Shown piece after piece: positions 41,281 to 51,732 of a stretch of 64,000 bases of DNA. The notes below the pieces were generated by a model. That model did not search any database and had not been told where the DNA came from. It was given only the letters and a program-made list of their open reading frames with translations. This DNA comes from a virus (lineage: Duplodnaviria > Heunggongvirae > Uroviricota > Caudoviricetes > Schitoviridae), in IMG/VR virus record IMGVR_UViG_3300033155_001073; one strand, written 5' to 3'. Both the position numbers and the translations under genes were made by a program. Numbering within the stretch: position 1 is the stretch's first letter; the number at the start of each line of letters is the position of its first letter.

Positions 41281-44200
41281 AGTATTTTCTTACCTCCGAA
41301 GATTAAAACACTCATACGAACAGATGCCTCTTCTGCGCTACCTGCGTTAAAGCCTATTACGTCTACAGAATTTAATTTAAGTGCATCAGCCGCCTCTCTC
41401 ATGTTAATAAAAGTGGCGTTATTACCATTAGCTCCTGAGATGATATAAGAAATATTATCCATTGGGGTTTCAAATACTAACCTAAATGTAGCTGTGCCTA
41501 AATCAACAATATCTTTAATATTAAAAGATGATTTTATTAATGGTGGATTAACTGTGCCATCAAAAAACACCCACGCTGTAGCAAACTGTAATCCGTTAGC
41601 TTCACCATGAACAGTTAATTTCTCATGCACTGTTAAATTACTGACTTCCTGTTCTGCTATTGGGTAGTTAATAATGCTTTGATTTAAAATATCACCATCA
41701 CTATCAGTTTTAAACTCACCTAAGTACAAGCGTTCGATTGCTGTATCGGATGAGTTATACATTTTTGCATCTTCGATTAAATAATACTCGGCTGCTATAA
41801 CCGTGTTGAATTCTAATTCTGCAATAATTGTATAAGTTGCTCCACCATTATTAGCTGTTGTGTTTATCCTATGATAAAGATATGCAGTTGTATTAGCAGA
41901 AGTGTCTTGTAAGTCACCCCATAAACTTGTGCCGTTGCTTGCTGCTGCATTATAGCCGCCTGCTGTATATGTTGAATCAATAGCCGTCCAATTTAAACCG
42001 TCATTAGAACCTTCAATAGTAAAATTTTCTGGGGTGTAAGTTACCCCACTGTATGATTCGTTCATTCTCCAAGATTTTAGAATACGCGGTTCAGTGTGTT
42101 TATACTGTAACCAAGAAGTTGTAGGTGAAGAAACTTGCCATTGATTTTCAGGCACATTATATATAGTTACTTTATTAAACGCTTTAAACGCATTTGTTGT
42201 AGCACCAAATTCACCACTAGATAACGCAACACCACTATCACTTTCATAATCAAAATGTTTTGATGTTGTTCTTAACGTCTGATCGCTTGGAGAGACAACA
42301 CCATACTTATCAGCATCATCACGGGTAATACCGGATAAAGGTCTAACCTCGCTTACACCTAATGTCCCTGTTTTATCAGTATAAATAAAGTAATGTTTAT
42401 CCTCGTGACCTGCGCCATAAGCCTCTGTAATACCAGCACCAAATTGATATTGGGTATCAACCTGACCTTTAGAGTTAAAACCATTTGCAAGCGAGATTAA
42501 TGTATCTTCAGCAACAGATAATGTATCTGCGTTTGTTGCGTATGGATAATCCGCTACTGCTTTTGTAGAGTCGACTGAAGTTTCTGGAAATGCCATAAAG
42601 ATGTATTCATGATTTAAAGCGTTTGTCCAAGCATCAGCACCTTCAACTTTAAAGCCATTGGCATCAGAACTAATACCTAAGTCTGTGGCTTCAGCGTTTG
42701 ATATGTCTGCATATAGTTCTTCATTATCACCACGAATGGTGTCTACTATAGTCCAGTTACCAGCGGCAGATAAGACTTTCACCATCACAAACGCTGCCTT
42801 AAACGCATCACCACCAAGTACTTCTGTACTTACAAAATTACCTGCTGCACCTGTACCAATGTATTTTCCGATTTTACATACGCCTGATTTAGAGGCGAAG
42901 TTGTACATGATGTAATTATCGGCAGAAGTATTAAAAGCAGCGTCAGTATCAATAGAAATGGTTGTATCTGAGATTATAGTGTCTCTTGTTGTACTTGCCG
43001 CTAGTGCCGCAGTTGTATTTAAAAATAAATATTCATCATTATCAAATAAATTACTTTTTACTAACCAGCCAACTGCTGAGTCTCTTGTTTTAAAAATACT
43101 AAATTCTGGGTCTACTGGAAGATAGTGTGGTATCTCATGTCCATCAACACCATCTCCAAGATATGAAATTATAGAAAAATTTAGATCAGGGTTATAATGA
43201 GCCGTGTATGCTTTATTTCTGTTTGTTAAGCCTGTGTCTATTTTAGTAGTTTGGAAAGACCATGCAATATAATCTTCTGTATTCGTGTTAACTTTAACAT
43301 CTGCACCCACCGTGAAGCCTGTAGTATCAAATGATAATAAAGTATCGGCATCCGTTACTTCTGCTGCTGTGCTGTCAGAAGAAAGTCTGATCGTTGCACC
43401 ACGTACAGAGTCAGTTAATATATGTCCGTCAGCCGCGTCTCTATTTTTAATCCAGACTAAACCACCAAAGTCACCAGTGGACATATCCAAGCCATTAGCA
43501 ATAGGCAGAGAGGCTGTGCCATCACCCGTATAAATAGTTGAACTCATGCCGCTTCGTGTTGAAGTACCCTGACTTAGTGGATCTTGGTTCTGTACTTTAT
43601 TACGTGCAACTACGTTAGAGAACTTGGAGTCAGCTTGTGCAATTGTATATGTATCCGGGACCTCAAAGGTACCAAATACAAGCACTTTCAATAAATCTCC
43701 AGCAGTAGTACCTGCAGAAAGAGTGATAGTAGTACCATCAGTAGCAGTGTAGTCATCAGGATCAAGCCAAATACCATTATAAGTTACCTGGATGAACCCT
43801 GGGTCATATGATAAAAGTAGAGCATTATCATCTGTATTTGTGAATACTGTTTGGTCTGTAGTACAAGTATACTCATAAAATGATACTGTTTTACTAGTAG
43901 CTATATTTACCCACTCACTTCCTGCAGAATTCCAGGCTTTCATTGCTAATGTAACAGAATTCCAATACAAGGCACCATCCAATAAAGCATTACCATCATT
44001 ATCTAATGTAGGCTCTACAGCTTTGGGTCCTAAATACCTATCATCAAAACTATCGTACACAGCCTCTGTAGCAGTTTGTGCCGCTTGGGCAGCTGATACA
44101 GAATTACCAGTTGTGACTACATCCGCGTTGGTACTGACCACATCTTCACCAGTAGAAATAACATCAGCGTGTGTAAGAACAACATCAGCGTTAGTTAAGT

Positions 44201-44435
44201 CAACATCTTCACCAGTTGATACTACATCTTCAGCAGTTGTGACTACATCTGCATGAGTAGAGACTACATCTGCATTAGTAAGAACAACATTTGCAGCACT
44301 ATCTTCTTTAGCTGTTGCAACTTCATCTATGGTACCGTCACTAATAGCATCAGCTACGATTTTGACTGTATCATACTCAGTATTAATATGTGCTTCTACT
44401 TCTGCTTTACTCGTATATGTTTGAGGTTTTTGCAT
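41277..44435 (-). CDS. tail fibre / appendage protein (1052 aa)
   Basis: N-terminal interrupted heptad-like VxTxxDVV repeats; size; position near terminase as for N4 gp66. Confidence 0.5.
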   Translation of the reverse strand: MQKPQTYTSKAEVEAHINTEYDTVKIVADAISDGTIDEVATAKEDSAANVVLTNADVVSTHADVVTTAEDVVSTGEDVDLTNADVVLTHADVISTGEDVVSTNADVVTTGNSVSAAQAAQTATEAVYDSFDDRYLGPKAVEPTLDNDGNALLDGALYWNSVTLAMKAWNSAGSEWVNIATSKTVSFYEYTCTTDQTVFTNTDDNALLLSYDPGFIQVTYNGIWLDPDDYTATDGTTITLSAGTTAGDLLKVLVFGTFEVPDTYTIAQADSKFSNVVARNKVQNQDPLSQGTSTRSGMSSTIYTGDGTASLPIANGLDMSTGDFGGLVWIKNRDAADGHILTDSVRGATIRLSSDSTAAEVTDADTLLSFDTTGFTVGADVKVNTNTEDYIAWSFQTTKIDTGLTNRNKAYTAHYNPDLNFSIISYLGDGVDGHEIPHYLPVDPEFSIFKTRDSAVGWLVKSNLFDNDEYLFLNTTAALAASTTRDTIISDTTISIDTDAAFNTSADNYIMYNFASKSGVCKIGKYIGTGAAGNFVSTEVLGGDAFKAAFVMVKVLSAAGNWTIVDTIRGDNEELYADISNAEATDLGISSDANGFKVEGADAWTNALNHEYIFMAFPETSVDSTKAVADYPYATNADTLSVAEDTLISLANGFNSKGQVDTQYQFGAGITEAYGAGHEDKHYFIYTDKTGTLGVSEVRPLSGITRDDADKYGVVSPSDQTLRTTSKHFDYESDSGVALSSGEFGATTNAFKAFNKVTIYNVPENQWQVSSPTTSWLQYKHTEPRILKSWRMNESYSGVTYTPENFTIEGSNDGLNWTAIDSTYTAGGYNAAASNGTSLWGDLQDTSANTTAYLYHRINTTANNGGATYTIIAELEFNTVIAAEYYLIEDAKMYNSSDTAIERLYLGEFKTDSDGDILNQSIINYPIAEQEVSNLTVHEKLTVHGEANGLQFATAWVFFDGTVNPPLIKSSFNIKDIVDLGTATFRLVFETPMDNISYIISGANGNNATFINMREAADALKLNSVDVIGFNAGSAEEASVRMSVLIFGGKKIL

Positions 44436-44440
44436 AATTT

Positions 44441-45148
44441 TTATACCCAGCCATTGTTGGAAAAGCGTTGATTTGTATGGACTTCTTTAATAAGAGCCCC
44501 CGTATCACTTATTAATTTGACTGCTGCCAAATAATTAGAGTGATAAATATTACCGGTATTAGTTTCACCAGTACTGATAGGTGTGTATAACTTCCAGGCG
44601 ACATATGCAGTAATGGCATCTAGGAAATGATAAGGAATTGGTACTTCAACATCAGCTGGTTCAAGTATAGCTGGACTAATAATATCAGGGGCTGCTTTAT
44701 AGATTAGTGATAATATATTTTCAGCCACAGCGTATGGTACTTGTAGTTCTGTAGGTGAAGGGGTAAATACTGATAATTCATGATTTAAGTTATTTAAAGG
44801 GACTTCGTCCCCTAACTCATCGTATACACCATCTATACTAATAATATTATCAGTAAACTTATGTACAGTAGTACCATCGATTATGTATTTTACAGGTTCA
44901 GAAGACGCAGTATTACTTTCAGCAAAATCTGATGTAAGATTATATACAACTACCCCTTCTTGTAACTGTAACGTAAGTTCCCGGGTCATCAAAGCAAACC
45001 GGGTATATAAATCAAGTAATGCCCCATTAGTTAGGACAATTAGTTGTGGGTAGCTGGGAAGATTAACGGCACCTTGCTCGATGCCGCCAATGGATAGTTG
45101 GGTGAGAGTATCGTTCGTTAACCTCTCAAAAATCAGCGAAAGCTTCAT
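44441..45148 (-). CDS. virion protein (235 aa)
   Basis: ORF. Confidence 0.4.
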   Translation of the reverse strand: MKLSLIFERLTNDTLTQLSIGGIEQGAVNLPSYPQLIVLTNGALLDLYTRFALMTRELTLQLQEGVVVYNLTSDFAESNTASSEPVKYIIDGTTVHKFTDNIISIDGVYDELGDEVPLNNLNHELSVFTPSPTELQVPYAVAENILSLIYKAAPDIISPAILEPADVEVPIPYHFLDAITAYVAWKLYTPISTGETNTGNIYHSNYLAAVKLISDTGALIKEVHTNQRFSNNGWV

Positions 45149-45198
45149 AGTCTAATCCTATTATGTTAGTAAGCCCCATTATACACAACTTAATTAGA

Positions 45199-46809
45199 CT
45201 ATACTAGATATGATTCTACTGAGGATGAAACTTCTTTATCTTCTTCATCCCAGAGAGGATCGGTCATATGCTCAATCTCAGCCTCTGCAGGTTTGAATGT
45301 AGTAAGGGAAGCCAACATAGATATCGTATCACAGCAATCATCATGCTTGGATTTGAATTCTGCACGAGTAACTAAAGTTAACTCATCCATAAACTCAACA
45401 ATTCGTGGGTCCATCTTCAATTCTTCCGGGAACCACATCTGATGAGTCTTGAACATCGGAACCATTATGTTAAATCGTTCAATCTTCTGCGTACTAGGGC
45501 GAATACCAGGTCTTTTGCCATTATTATCTGATGCCAGGTTGAAATAGACGTTCTTTTCAATCATTTTATCAGTAATCCAAGGAATAAACCCTCCTTGTTG
45601 ACCAGATACTTCTATTCCCACCGCCATGGGCTTATATATTTGAGCTAATCGAAACAAATCATCAATATTCTTGTCCATCAACTGCTTTTTAACTACTCCA
45701 TCAACCCAATACCAGTCACCTTTGTTATTTAAGGCCCATACTGAGATAACACTGTAATCTGCTGCAGTCTTATCACTGGTTGCAAAGTCAGTAGTAATGT
45801 AAAAGTTAAATAGGTGGCGATTCTTGATCAAATTCTTACGCCTATACCAACTAATATCAGAATCGTGGATCAGCCGGTCCTCATCACTCATGATACGTAG
45901 CATTAATTCCTGGTTAAAGGATGCAAGTTTACCTTGACGAAGAGCCTTCTTATATTTCTTCATTACATAGTCGTAATCAAATCGATCTTCCCAACTTCCA
46001 CGGAATTCTTCCCGGGTACAGGGGAATTTCTCACATACTGGATATACATTTACTCGCCAGGCACCAGATTCAACTGCTTTATACAGTGGATCACGCGCAT
46101 TAAAGGGCGTACCACTCCATATAATCTTACTTCTCTTAGGATGGAGAGCAAATTCCAAGGCTTTTGTTACGGTATCTTCCACACTAGCAATTACAGTGGG
46201 AGAGCGTGCATCTTCATCACTAATTAAATCATCAAGAAGAGCTAATACAGGTCGACTACCATTTTCACGAGTACCACGAACACCGGTCTTAGCACCATAC
46301 CCAGAAACTACGAAAGAGTTAGCTGCTTTATTGATAAATTCCCACCGTACATCAGTAAAACGGGTACTAGGAATATACTCTTGTAAGAATTCAGAATTAT
46401 ACCACCGGTATTCAAGTGATTTACGCATCTTCTTAACACCATTCTCAATACTATCAGAGACATATAGTGCGTAAGGTACTTTACCAAATATAGGTAAACG
46501 CCCATAAACTCCAATATACAGAATTAGGTATTCTTTTAGTGTGGACTTAGCAATACCACGATGACACATGTTTATTAAATCTAAACCTTCTTCGTCATCC
46601 TCCACAAAACCATCAACCATATGATAATGGACAACCGGGGTCTTATTCTCAGACTCACCACCATCTACCATCTTAATAAAGTTGACAAATTCCAAGGCAA
46701 ACTCGCTTGGAACGTAATCCGGGTCTACTTCATAACTAATCTCATTCAGATACTGAGTAACGGTTTTATACGTTTGCTCATCATCCTCATCAAATTCATT
46801 AATTGACAT
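45199..46809 (-). CDS. terL: terminase large subunit
   Basis: ATPase P-loop CHRGIAKST; Walker B-like VLALLDD; C-terminal RNaseH-like nuclease region TTDFATSDKTAADYSVISVW. Confidence 0.8.
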   Translation of the reverse strand: MSINEFDEDDEQTYKTVTQYLNEISYEVDPDYVPSEFALEFVNFIKMVDGGESENKTPVVHYHMVDGFVEDDEEGLDLINMCHRGIAKSTLKEYLILYIGVYGRLPIFGKVPYALYVSDSIENGVKKMRKSLEYRWYNSEFLQEYIPSTRFTDVRWEFINKAANSFVVSGYGAKTGVRGTRENGSRPVLALLDDLISDEDARSPTVIASVEDTVTKALEFALHPKRSKIIWSGTPFNARDPLYKAVESGAWRVNVYPVCEKFPCTREEFRGSWEDRFDYDYVMKKYKKALRQGKLASFNQELMLRIMSDEDRLIHDSDISWYRRKNLIKNRHLFNFYITTDFATSDKTAADYSVISVWALNNKGDWYWVDGVVKKQLMDKNIDDLFRLAQIYKPMAVGIEVSGQQGGFIPWITDKMIEKNVYFNLASDNNGKRPGIRPSTQKIERFNIMVPMFKTHQMWFPEELKMDPRIVEFMDELTLVTRAEFKSKHDDCCDTISMLASLTTFKPAEAEIEHMTDPLWDEEDKEVSSSVESYLV

Positions 46810-47545
46810 CTTTTACCTCTACAGCTTCACCCTGGATGATACTACTATGGGCCACATCATGTGCAGTCATATCACCACGATTAATTGCAGCTTGTTGCTG
46901 CTTGGCCAGGGCCAAGGTAGCTTCACGTAACATATCAATAGATTTATCTTGCTTCACGCCAATATCAAGTTCGATCTTATTAACTTCAGGCATCTTAAGA
47001 TGAGTTAACAGTGAATTAGCAGCATCTGACTGTACTTTCTCACTATTAGCATGGGTCATCAGGTACGCCTGGCGGTTGAGAGCTTTCTGATACATATCAG
47101 CATTCAGAATATGGCTTGGGACTAGTGTCTGCTCAAATACCTTAACAACCAACTTGGTCTTATTGTATGCAGCAACATAACTGGATAATATCTTACCAAT
47201 AGCTTCTGGTTCTAAGTGTTTGTTTTCATTAACAACACGTTGATAACGGACAGGAAATGTTTTGGTATAAGCTTCTACATTTGAACTACCCATTAACTTA
47301 TGAGAGACATAACGCACAGCATCAATATAAGATTGGATCTTATACTTACCATCTTGCATTACATTGGTGTAGCTTAGTAAATTATCCCGGTAATTATCAC
47401 GAATGCCTGGATCACTTATGACACCATTGATATTCTTGATCATTTCAGGGGTTAATTTCGCTTTAACCTGTTTAGGAAGTACACGATGGAACTGCTCAAT
47501 AGTCAGTTGTTCATCTGTATACGTTGTAGCTGGAAGTGTGGACAT
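46799..47545 (-). CDS. putative terminase small subunit (248 aa)
   Basis: Position only: immediately upstream of terL, overlapping. Confidence 0.3.
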   Translation of the reverse strand: MSTLPATTYTDEQLTIEQFHRVLPKQVKAKLTPEMIKNINGVISDPGIRDNYRDNLLSYTNVMQDGKYKIQSYIDAVRYVSHKLMGSSNVEAYTKTFPVRYQRVVNENKHLEPEAIGKILSSYVAAYNKTKLVVKVFEQTLVPSHILNADMYQKALNRQAYLMTHANSEKVQSDAANSLLTHLKMPEVNKIELDIGVKQDKSIDMLREATLALAKQQQAAINRGDMTAHDVAHSSIIQGEAVEVKDVN

Positions 47546-47650
47546 AGTGACCCTCTATCTGTAAAAGAATCATTATAGCATTAAGGGTAGGTATAGTACA
47601 AGTGTAGCCACAAGGGGGTAGCGTCAGCGTACCCCGAAGTGGCTCAATAT

Positions 47651-48001
47651 TTATTCAATGTATTTAAGAGGTTTCCGGCGAAGTTCATTAACTGCTTTAC
47701 TATCATCTTTGGATCGCACTGCAGTAGTTTTACCTTTAAATTTAGGGTCAATCTTACGTACGGCTTTAGAACCTCCGGATGTTGCAGTAGAGTCCCCCTT
47801 ACCATAGTGAGTTAAGGACTTTAATGTACGAGTATCCTTCTTCAACTTTTTAGCACCAGCTTTGTATGCATCAATATCCTTCTGCTCTAGTTGAGCTGAA
47901 GTTAATACAGTGCGTTTACGTGCTTTCTTATCACCTGCTGGGACTTTACCCTCAGCTCGTGCCTGTTTTCGTGCTTGTTCTTTTTGCCATTCGGTAGCCA
48001 T
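47651..48001 (-). CDS. Lys/Arg-rich basic protein (116 aa)
   Basis: Composition KKARKRT, KKLKKDTR. Confidence 0.45.
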   Translation of the reverse strand: MATEWQKEQARKQARAEGKVPAGDKKARKRTVLTSAQLEQKDIDAYKAGAKKLKKDTRTLKSLTHYGKGDSTATSGGSKAVRKIDPKFKGKTTAVRSKDDSKAVNELRRKPLKYIE

Positions 48002-48012
48002 ACTAACTCCTA

Positions 48013-48186
48013 TTAGTTTTTGGTTTGCTCACGCGTGAATAGTTCCATTTTGTCATAGATTACATAAACTTCTACTTGTCCATTCTGCAGCATTTCTTCA
48101 GAATCAACAACACCGTCATCTAATACTAAAACTCTTACTTCTTTGTCTTCGGGACATAATGCCTCGATTGTTACTCTTGATGTCAT
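48013..48186 (-). CDS. small acidic protein (57 aa), absent from the ORF track
   Basis: ATG preceded by AAAGAGG at 7 nt; clean ORF MTSRVTIEALCPEDKEV... Confidence 0.35.
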   Translation of the reverse strand: MTSRVTIEALCPEDKEVRVLVLDDGVVDSEEMLQNGQVEVYVIYDKMELFTREQTKN

Positions 48187-48200
48187 AATGACCTCTTTAT

Positions 48201-48285
48201 TGGTGGTTGTCCTAGGGATCGAACCTAGACTGCCCGAAGGAACGGATTTACAGTCCGCACACGATCCATACGTGTCTATACAACC
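48201..48285 (-). tRNA. tRNA-Tyr (GUA), class II, 85 nt, CCA encoded
   Basis: T-arm ctagg/ttcgatc/cctag; anticodon loop CUGUAAA; long variable arm; A73; one acceptor mismatch at 7:66. Confidence 0.7.
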
Positions 48286-48291
48286 AGTAAA

Positions 48292-48367
48292 TGGCAGGGA
48301 TGGTAGGTATCGAGCCCACTCATGTCGGGATCAAAGCCCGATGCGTTCCCATTTTCGCCACATCCCT
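48292..48367 (-). tRNA. tRNA-Gln (UUG), 76 nt, CCA encoded
   Basis: Acceptor agggatg/catccct; anticodon stem tcggg/cccga; loop CUUUGAU. Confidence 0.8.
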
Positions 48368-48373
48368 TAAAAT

Positions 48374-48461
48374 TGGTAGCGCGGGTCGGATTTGAACCGA
48401 CGTTGAACTTTCGTTCCGGGGTTATGAGCCCCGTGAGACAACCAGACTTCTCGACTGCGCT
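48374..48461 (-). tRNA. atypical class-II tRNA with CAU anticodon, 88 nt
   Basis: T-arm gtcgg/UUCAAAU/ccgac; 15-nt variable arm with GAAA loop; anticodon loop CUCAUAA; A73; D-arm gaga/tctc with GG. Confidence 0.6.
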
Positions 48462-48466
48462 ATAAT

Positions 48467-48544
48467 TGGTCCGAGCGGTAGGATTTGAACCTACGTATTC
48501 CTGGCTCCAGACCAGGACGATGACCAAGCTTTCGTTACACCCGG
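48467..48544 (-). tRNA. tRNA-Pro-like (UGG) with C33, 78 nt
   Basis: T-arm gtagg/UUCAAAU/cctac; acceptor ccgggtg/cgctcgg (two G-U pairs); anticodon loop UCUGGAG. Confidence 0.5.
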
Positions 48545-48818
48545 AAATAACCTCTCTGGTACGCTTAATAGAACTTGTTGTGTATCCACTATTCTATCTT
48601 TTCAGGCATCGCGCCATAGCGTGAGAGGTGTTGTTTGGCTCAGTTTGCGTGGTGCCATCACGAGACTAATATCACCACCTTCATACGTAAGTACTAGTTA
48701 ATGTATCTAATCTAATTCCCAGGATACTCGGCAAGAACCCACTGGAAGGTACCGAAATAACTTACCCCACAAATTCAATAAGAGTAAGCAGTTGCCTTAT
48801 TAAATCCCATTTTACACG

Positions 48819-49142
48819 TTACTTCTCTTTAGTGCAAGATTTCTTCTTTCTTAACTTGTTATGTATGTACATTGAACTAACTATACCTACAGCCCCTCCA
48901 ATACCCATATATACCCAATCCCAAGTATCAGCAGCTACAACTTCACGGTAGATTGTGAATTGTGACATAGAAATAAGAAATGAGGTAAATATAGCTCCCC
49001 AGTACTTGTCATGCATTACATTCTTTTGCTGGAACCCTAGCAAGAAGACGGATATAAATGCTATAAAACCTAGTATCATGAGCCACTCAATATATTTATC
49101 ATGGTACCAATAAAAAATAGTACAGATCCGAGTAAATAACAA
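48819..49142 (-). CDS. membrane protein (107 aa, 2-3 TM)
   Basis: Hydrophobic segments. Confidence 0.45.
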   Translation of the reverse strand: MLFTRICTIFYWYHDKYIEWLMILGFIAFISVFLLGFQQKNVMHDKYWGAIFTSFLISMSQFTIYREVVAADTWDWVYMGIGGAVGIVSSMYIHNKLRKKKSCTKEK

Positions 49143-49155
49143 AAATTAGCTATCA

Positions 49156-49953
49156 TCAGTAAGTCCCCAACAATCTTTCCAGGGAAACAAACTCAACATC
49201 ATGATCCAAATAATCATATCGATTAATAAATGGCTTCAAATGGAGGAACCCGCGTATCTCAGTATTATTGGCTCCACGGTACGCTTCATCATGCATATAG
49301 AAACTGCCGGCACACACACCAAAGTGAGGCTTACCTTGCAAATTCTGTCTACGAGCATACTGGAACTGTTGTTGATGGCCATGGACGAATGAATGGGGGA
49401 ATTTATTCATCTTATTTTCAACACCACCACCTACAGGTCGCCCTGAAGCTGGATTTGGCATAAAATGGTTAAAACAAATATCACCAATCCACAATGGATC
49501 AAGAAATTGATGAACCGTCCACCCTAATCTAGTGATCATTGACTCTAAATCAATCAATCCTAATAGATGAGTGTTGGCTCCTACCATCCGCATCAGTCTA
49601 TTCTCATGGTTACCCATGATAAAGTCCAATGTAGGGGCATATTTCTTCTTTTTCTCAATACGATTACGTGATTCAATATAATCAGTAATAATCTTAAGGG
49701 CTTTCTGCCCAGAACGTAAGTCATCAACTAATCTACGTCCTTCTTTCTCTTCCTGAGTTGCATAAAAACTAAGGGATTCAAAATCCCAATGATCACCTAT
49801 ATGCACAATATGTGCAGGCTTATGTTTCCAGATATACCTGGCCAAGGCTTCAATATGCTCAAGAGGAGCATCTTTAGTTACTTGGGTATCTGCAATAATA
49901 AGTATATCCCCCGCAGGGGTAATACTTAGTTTTCCGGTTGGAGAAATATTCAT
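49156..49953 (-). CDS. PPP-family Ser/Thr protein phosphatase (lambda-PPase-like)
   Basis: Motifs IADTQ, GDHWD(x)..., GNHENR in order. Confidence 0.7.
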   Translation of the reverse strand: MNISPTGKLSITPAGDILIIADTQVTKDAPLEHIEALARYIWKHKPAHIVHIGDHWDFESLSFYATQEEKEGRRLVDDLRSGQKALKIITDYIESRNRIEKKKKYAPTLDFIMGNHENRLMRMVGANTHLLGLIDLESMITRLGWTVHQFLDPLWIGDICFNHFMPNPASGRPVGGGVENKMNKFPHSFVHGHQQQFQYARRQNLQGKPHFGVCAGSFYMHDEAYRGANNTEIRGFLHLKPFINRYDYLDHDVEFVSLERLLGTY

Positions 49954-49962
49954 TCTATTTCC

Positions 49963-50220
49963 TTAACAAATTATAGTTGGTCTACTTAAATGATCAAAAT
50001 CTTGAATCTGACCAGGTAAATGGGGTTTAGGCCACCCTAAAGGTTCTGGCCATTCAACCTTACTTAAGTCAGGTACTAATGTATCTAACTCAGAAGTGAC
50101 CTTATTAAACACTAAAGCAAGATGTTCTTTAATCATCTTGGTTTGTGCTGGTGTGATCTCCGTAGCCCCAGTGAGTTCAAAAAACCCCTGGAGCCAAAGA
50201 CAAAAATCACGATCTGGCAT
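49963..50220 (-). CDS. hypothetical protein (85 aa)
   Basis: ORF. Confidence 0.4.
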   Translation of the reverse strand: MPDRDFCLWLQGFFELTGATEITPAQTKMIKEHLALVFNKVTSELDTLVPDLSKVEWPEPLGWPKPHLPGQIQDFDHLSRPTIIC

Positions 50221-50711
50221 TACTTAATGACCTTACTAAGTAAACGTAGTTCTTGATCAGAGATATCACCTTCTACTTCAAATGAAGTTGGGCGCTCACC
50301 TTGATCATTACATACCTTACGTAAAACTAATTGTAAATCAGCATCTACATCAAATGAGATAACTTCTTCATCAGCAAACTCTAAACTAACAATAGGGAGG
50401 GATACTACTGCTTCAGATACGCTATCAGAAGTTACTTCTGAATCAGAATCTGAATCCGCTGGCGCTACTTCAGATTCTGATTCAGAACTAATTTCTGATA
50501 CCTCCTCAGCATTAGCATTCCCCTTAGCTTCGCTAGTATCTTTCAACGTGCCATCCTTGTTTAAGGTTTTATCAATTTCTTTGAATACTTGCTCTACCTC
50601 TGCAAGTTCTACTTCTACTCCTTTAACAGTAACTTCAACTGATTTATCTGCACCTGGTTTAGCAGGATCAACCTTAACTTCTACTTCTTCACTCTTCTTA
50701 CTTTTACTCAT
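50220..50711 (-). CDS. acidic Ser/Asp/Glu-rich protein (163 aa)
   Basis: SESESEVAPADSDSDSEVTSDSVSE tract. Confidence 0.45.
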   Translation of the reverse strand: MSKSKKSEEVEVKVDPAKPGADKSVEVTVKGVEVELAEVEQVFKEIDKTLNKDGTLKDTSEAKGNANAEEVSEISSESESEVAPADSDSDSEVTSDSVSEAVVSLPIVSLEFADEEVISFDVDADLQLVLRKVCNDQGERPTSFEVEGDISDQELRLLSKVIK

Positions 50712-50722
50712 ATTATTCTTCC

Positions 50723-51235
50723 TTAATTATCTTGTATTAATCGAATAGACCGAACTGCGCCTAAATCTATAAATGTAACTGTTTTTATCTTGATACCAAA
50801 GTCTCTCAACTTCTTTCGTACCAAAGGTAATACAGCATCTTGTACTTCAAAAATATCTACATAATTAGTCTGTGATACCTTCTCTTGGATCTCTCCCATT
50901 GTGATATCAGCCAAAACTTCCTCACTATCATACATGTTTAAAAGGTATTTAGCAATATCAGTAATACTATATGCAACAATAGCACTAATCACAATTGACC
51001 TATCATCATAGGTTGTAAGTGTTTGTGCACTCAGGCTAAGAGTTGTAAGAACAACTGTCTCAGTCTCATAAGATTCTATAAAAGGAATCTTCCAACACAA
51101 CCCAGGAAGAGCCAATCTCTTATATATACCAAACCGTTTAATAATACCTAACTCAGTTTGATCGACAATAAATACCGGAGAGATTTGATCCAATGCATCT
51201 ACAATAAAGTCAAATAGCTTCTCGAATATTATCAT
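50723..51235 (-). CDS. SPFH/band-7 (stomatin/prohibitin-like) domain protein
   Basis: GIIKRFGIYKRLALPGLCWKIPFIE... aligns with the SPFH core (ERFGKY..PGLHF.IPFI). Confidence 0.5.
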   Translation of the reverse strand: MIIFEKLFDFIVDALDQISPVFIVDQTELGIIKRFGIYKRLALPGLCWKIPFIESYETETVVLTTLSLSAQTLTTYDDRSIVISAIVAYSITDIAKYLLNMYDSEEVLADITMGEIQEKVSQTNYVDIFEVQDAVLPLVRKKLRDFGIKIKTVTFIDLGAVRSIRLIQDN

Positions 51236-51498
51236 CCGTCTATTTGCTGCTTCAAGCTAGATAAAGCATCCTGGAACTTCTCATTCATAATGTACCATTC
51301 ATCCATCAGGACCTCATGGTCTGTAAAGGTAAACTGTTGGCCATATACAGTGGGGCGGAGTCCTCGATCCATATTAAGTGGCAGCATCACTTTAATCTGG
51401 ATCAAGTAGATTCCATCACTCTCACTACAATTAATAGTACATTCATACCCTAGTAGCTTACGTGCTTGTTTCAAAGCATCAATTATATCAAATTTCAT
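51232..51498 (-). CDS. hypothetical protein (88 aa)
   Basis: ORF. Confidence 0.4.
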   Translation of the reverse strand: MKFDIIDALKQARKLLGYECTINCSESDGIYLIQIKVMLPLNMDRGLRPTVYGQQFTFTDHEVLMDEWYIMNEKFQDALSSLKQQIDG

Positions 51499-51501
51499 TT
51501 C

Positions 51502-51732
51502 TTACGCTCCTACACAGGTCTTAACTTCCCAGACCTTCTTTATTTTATTATAGTCCCATACTTGTTCAACAAGCATATGAACCTTACTCTTTTCCACATG
51601 ATACATAATGTTATTCTTACATACCATAGTTTCTGTTACATCATATGCTGGAGGTTCAGGTATAATTTCCTTAGGAGCTGCCATTAAGTTAGTGACCACT
51701 AACATTAGTAAACCTATTAATAATTTTTTCAT
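51502..51732 (-). CDS. small secreted protein (76 aa)
   Basis: Signal peptide MKKLLIGLLMLVVTNLMAAP. Confidence 0.45.
   Translation of the reverse strand: MKKLLIGLLMLVVTNLMAAPKEIIPEPPAYDVTETMVCKNNIMYHVEKSKVHMLVEQVWDYNKIKKVWEVKTCVGA

Noticed and set aside
48201-48544. tRNA cluster as a prophage attachment site or integrase target
   Set aside because: No integrase or recombinase gene is in the window and the gene content is that of a strictly lytic N4-like phage.
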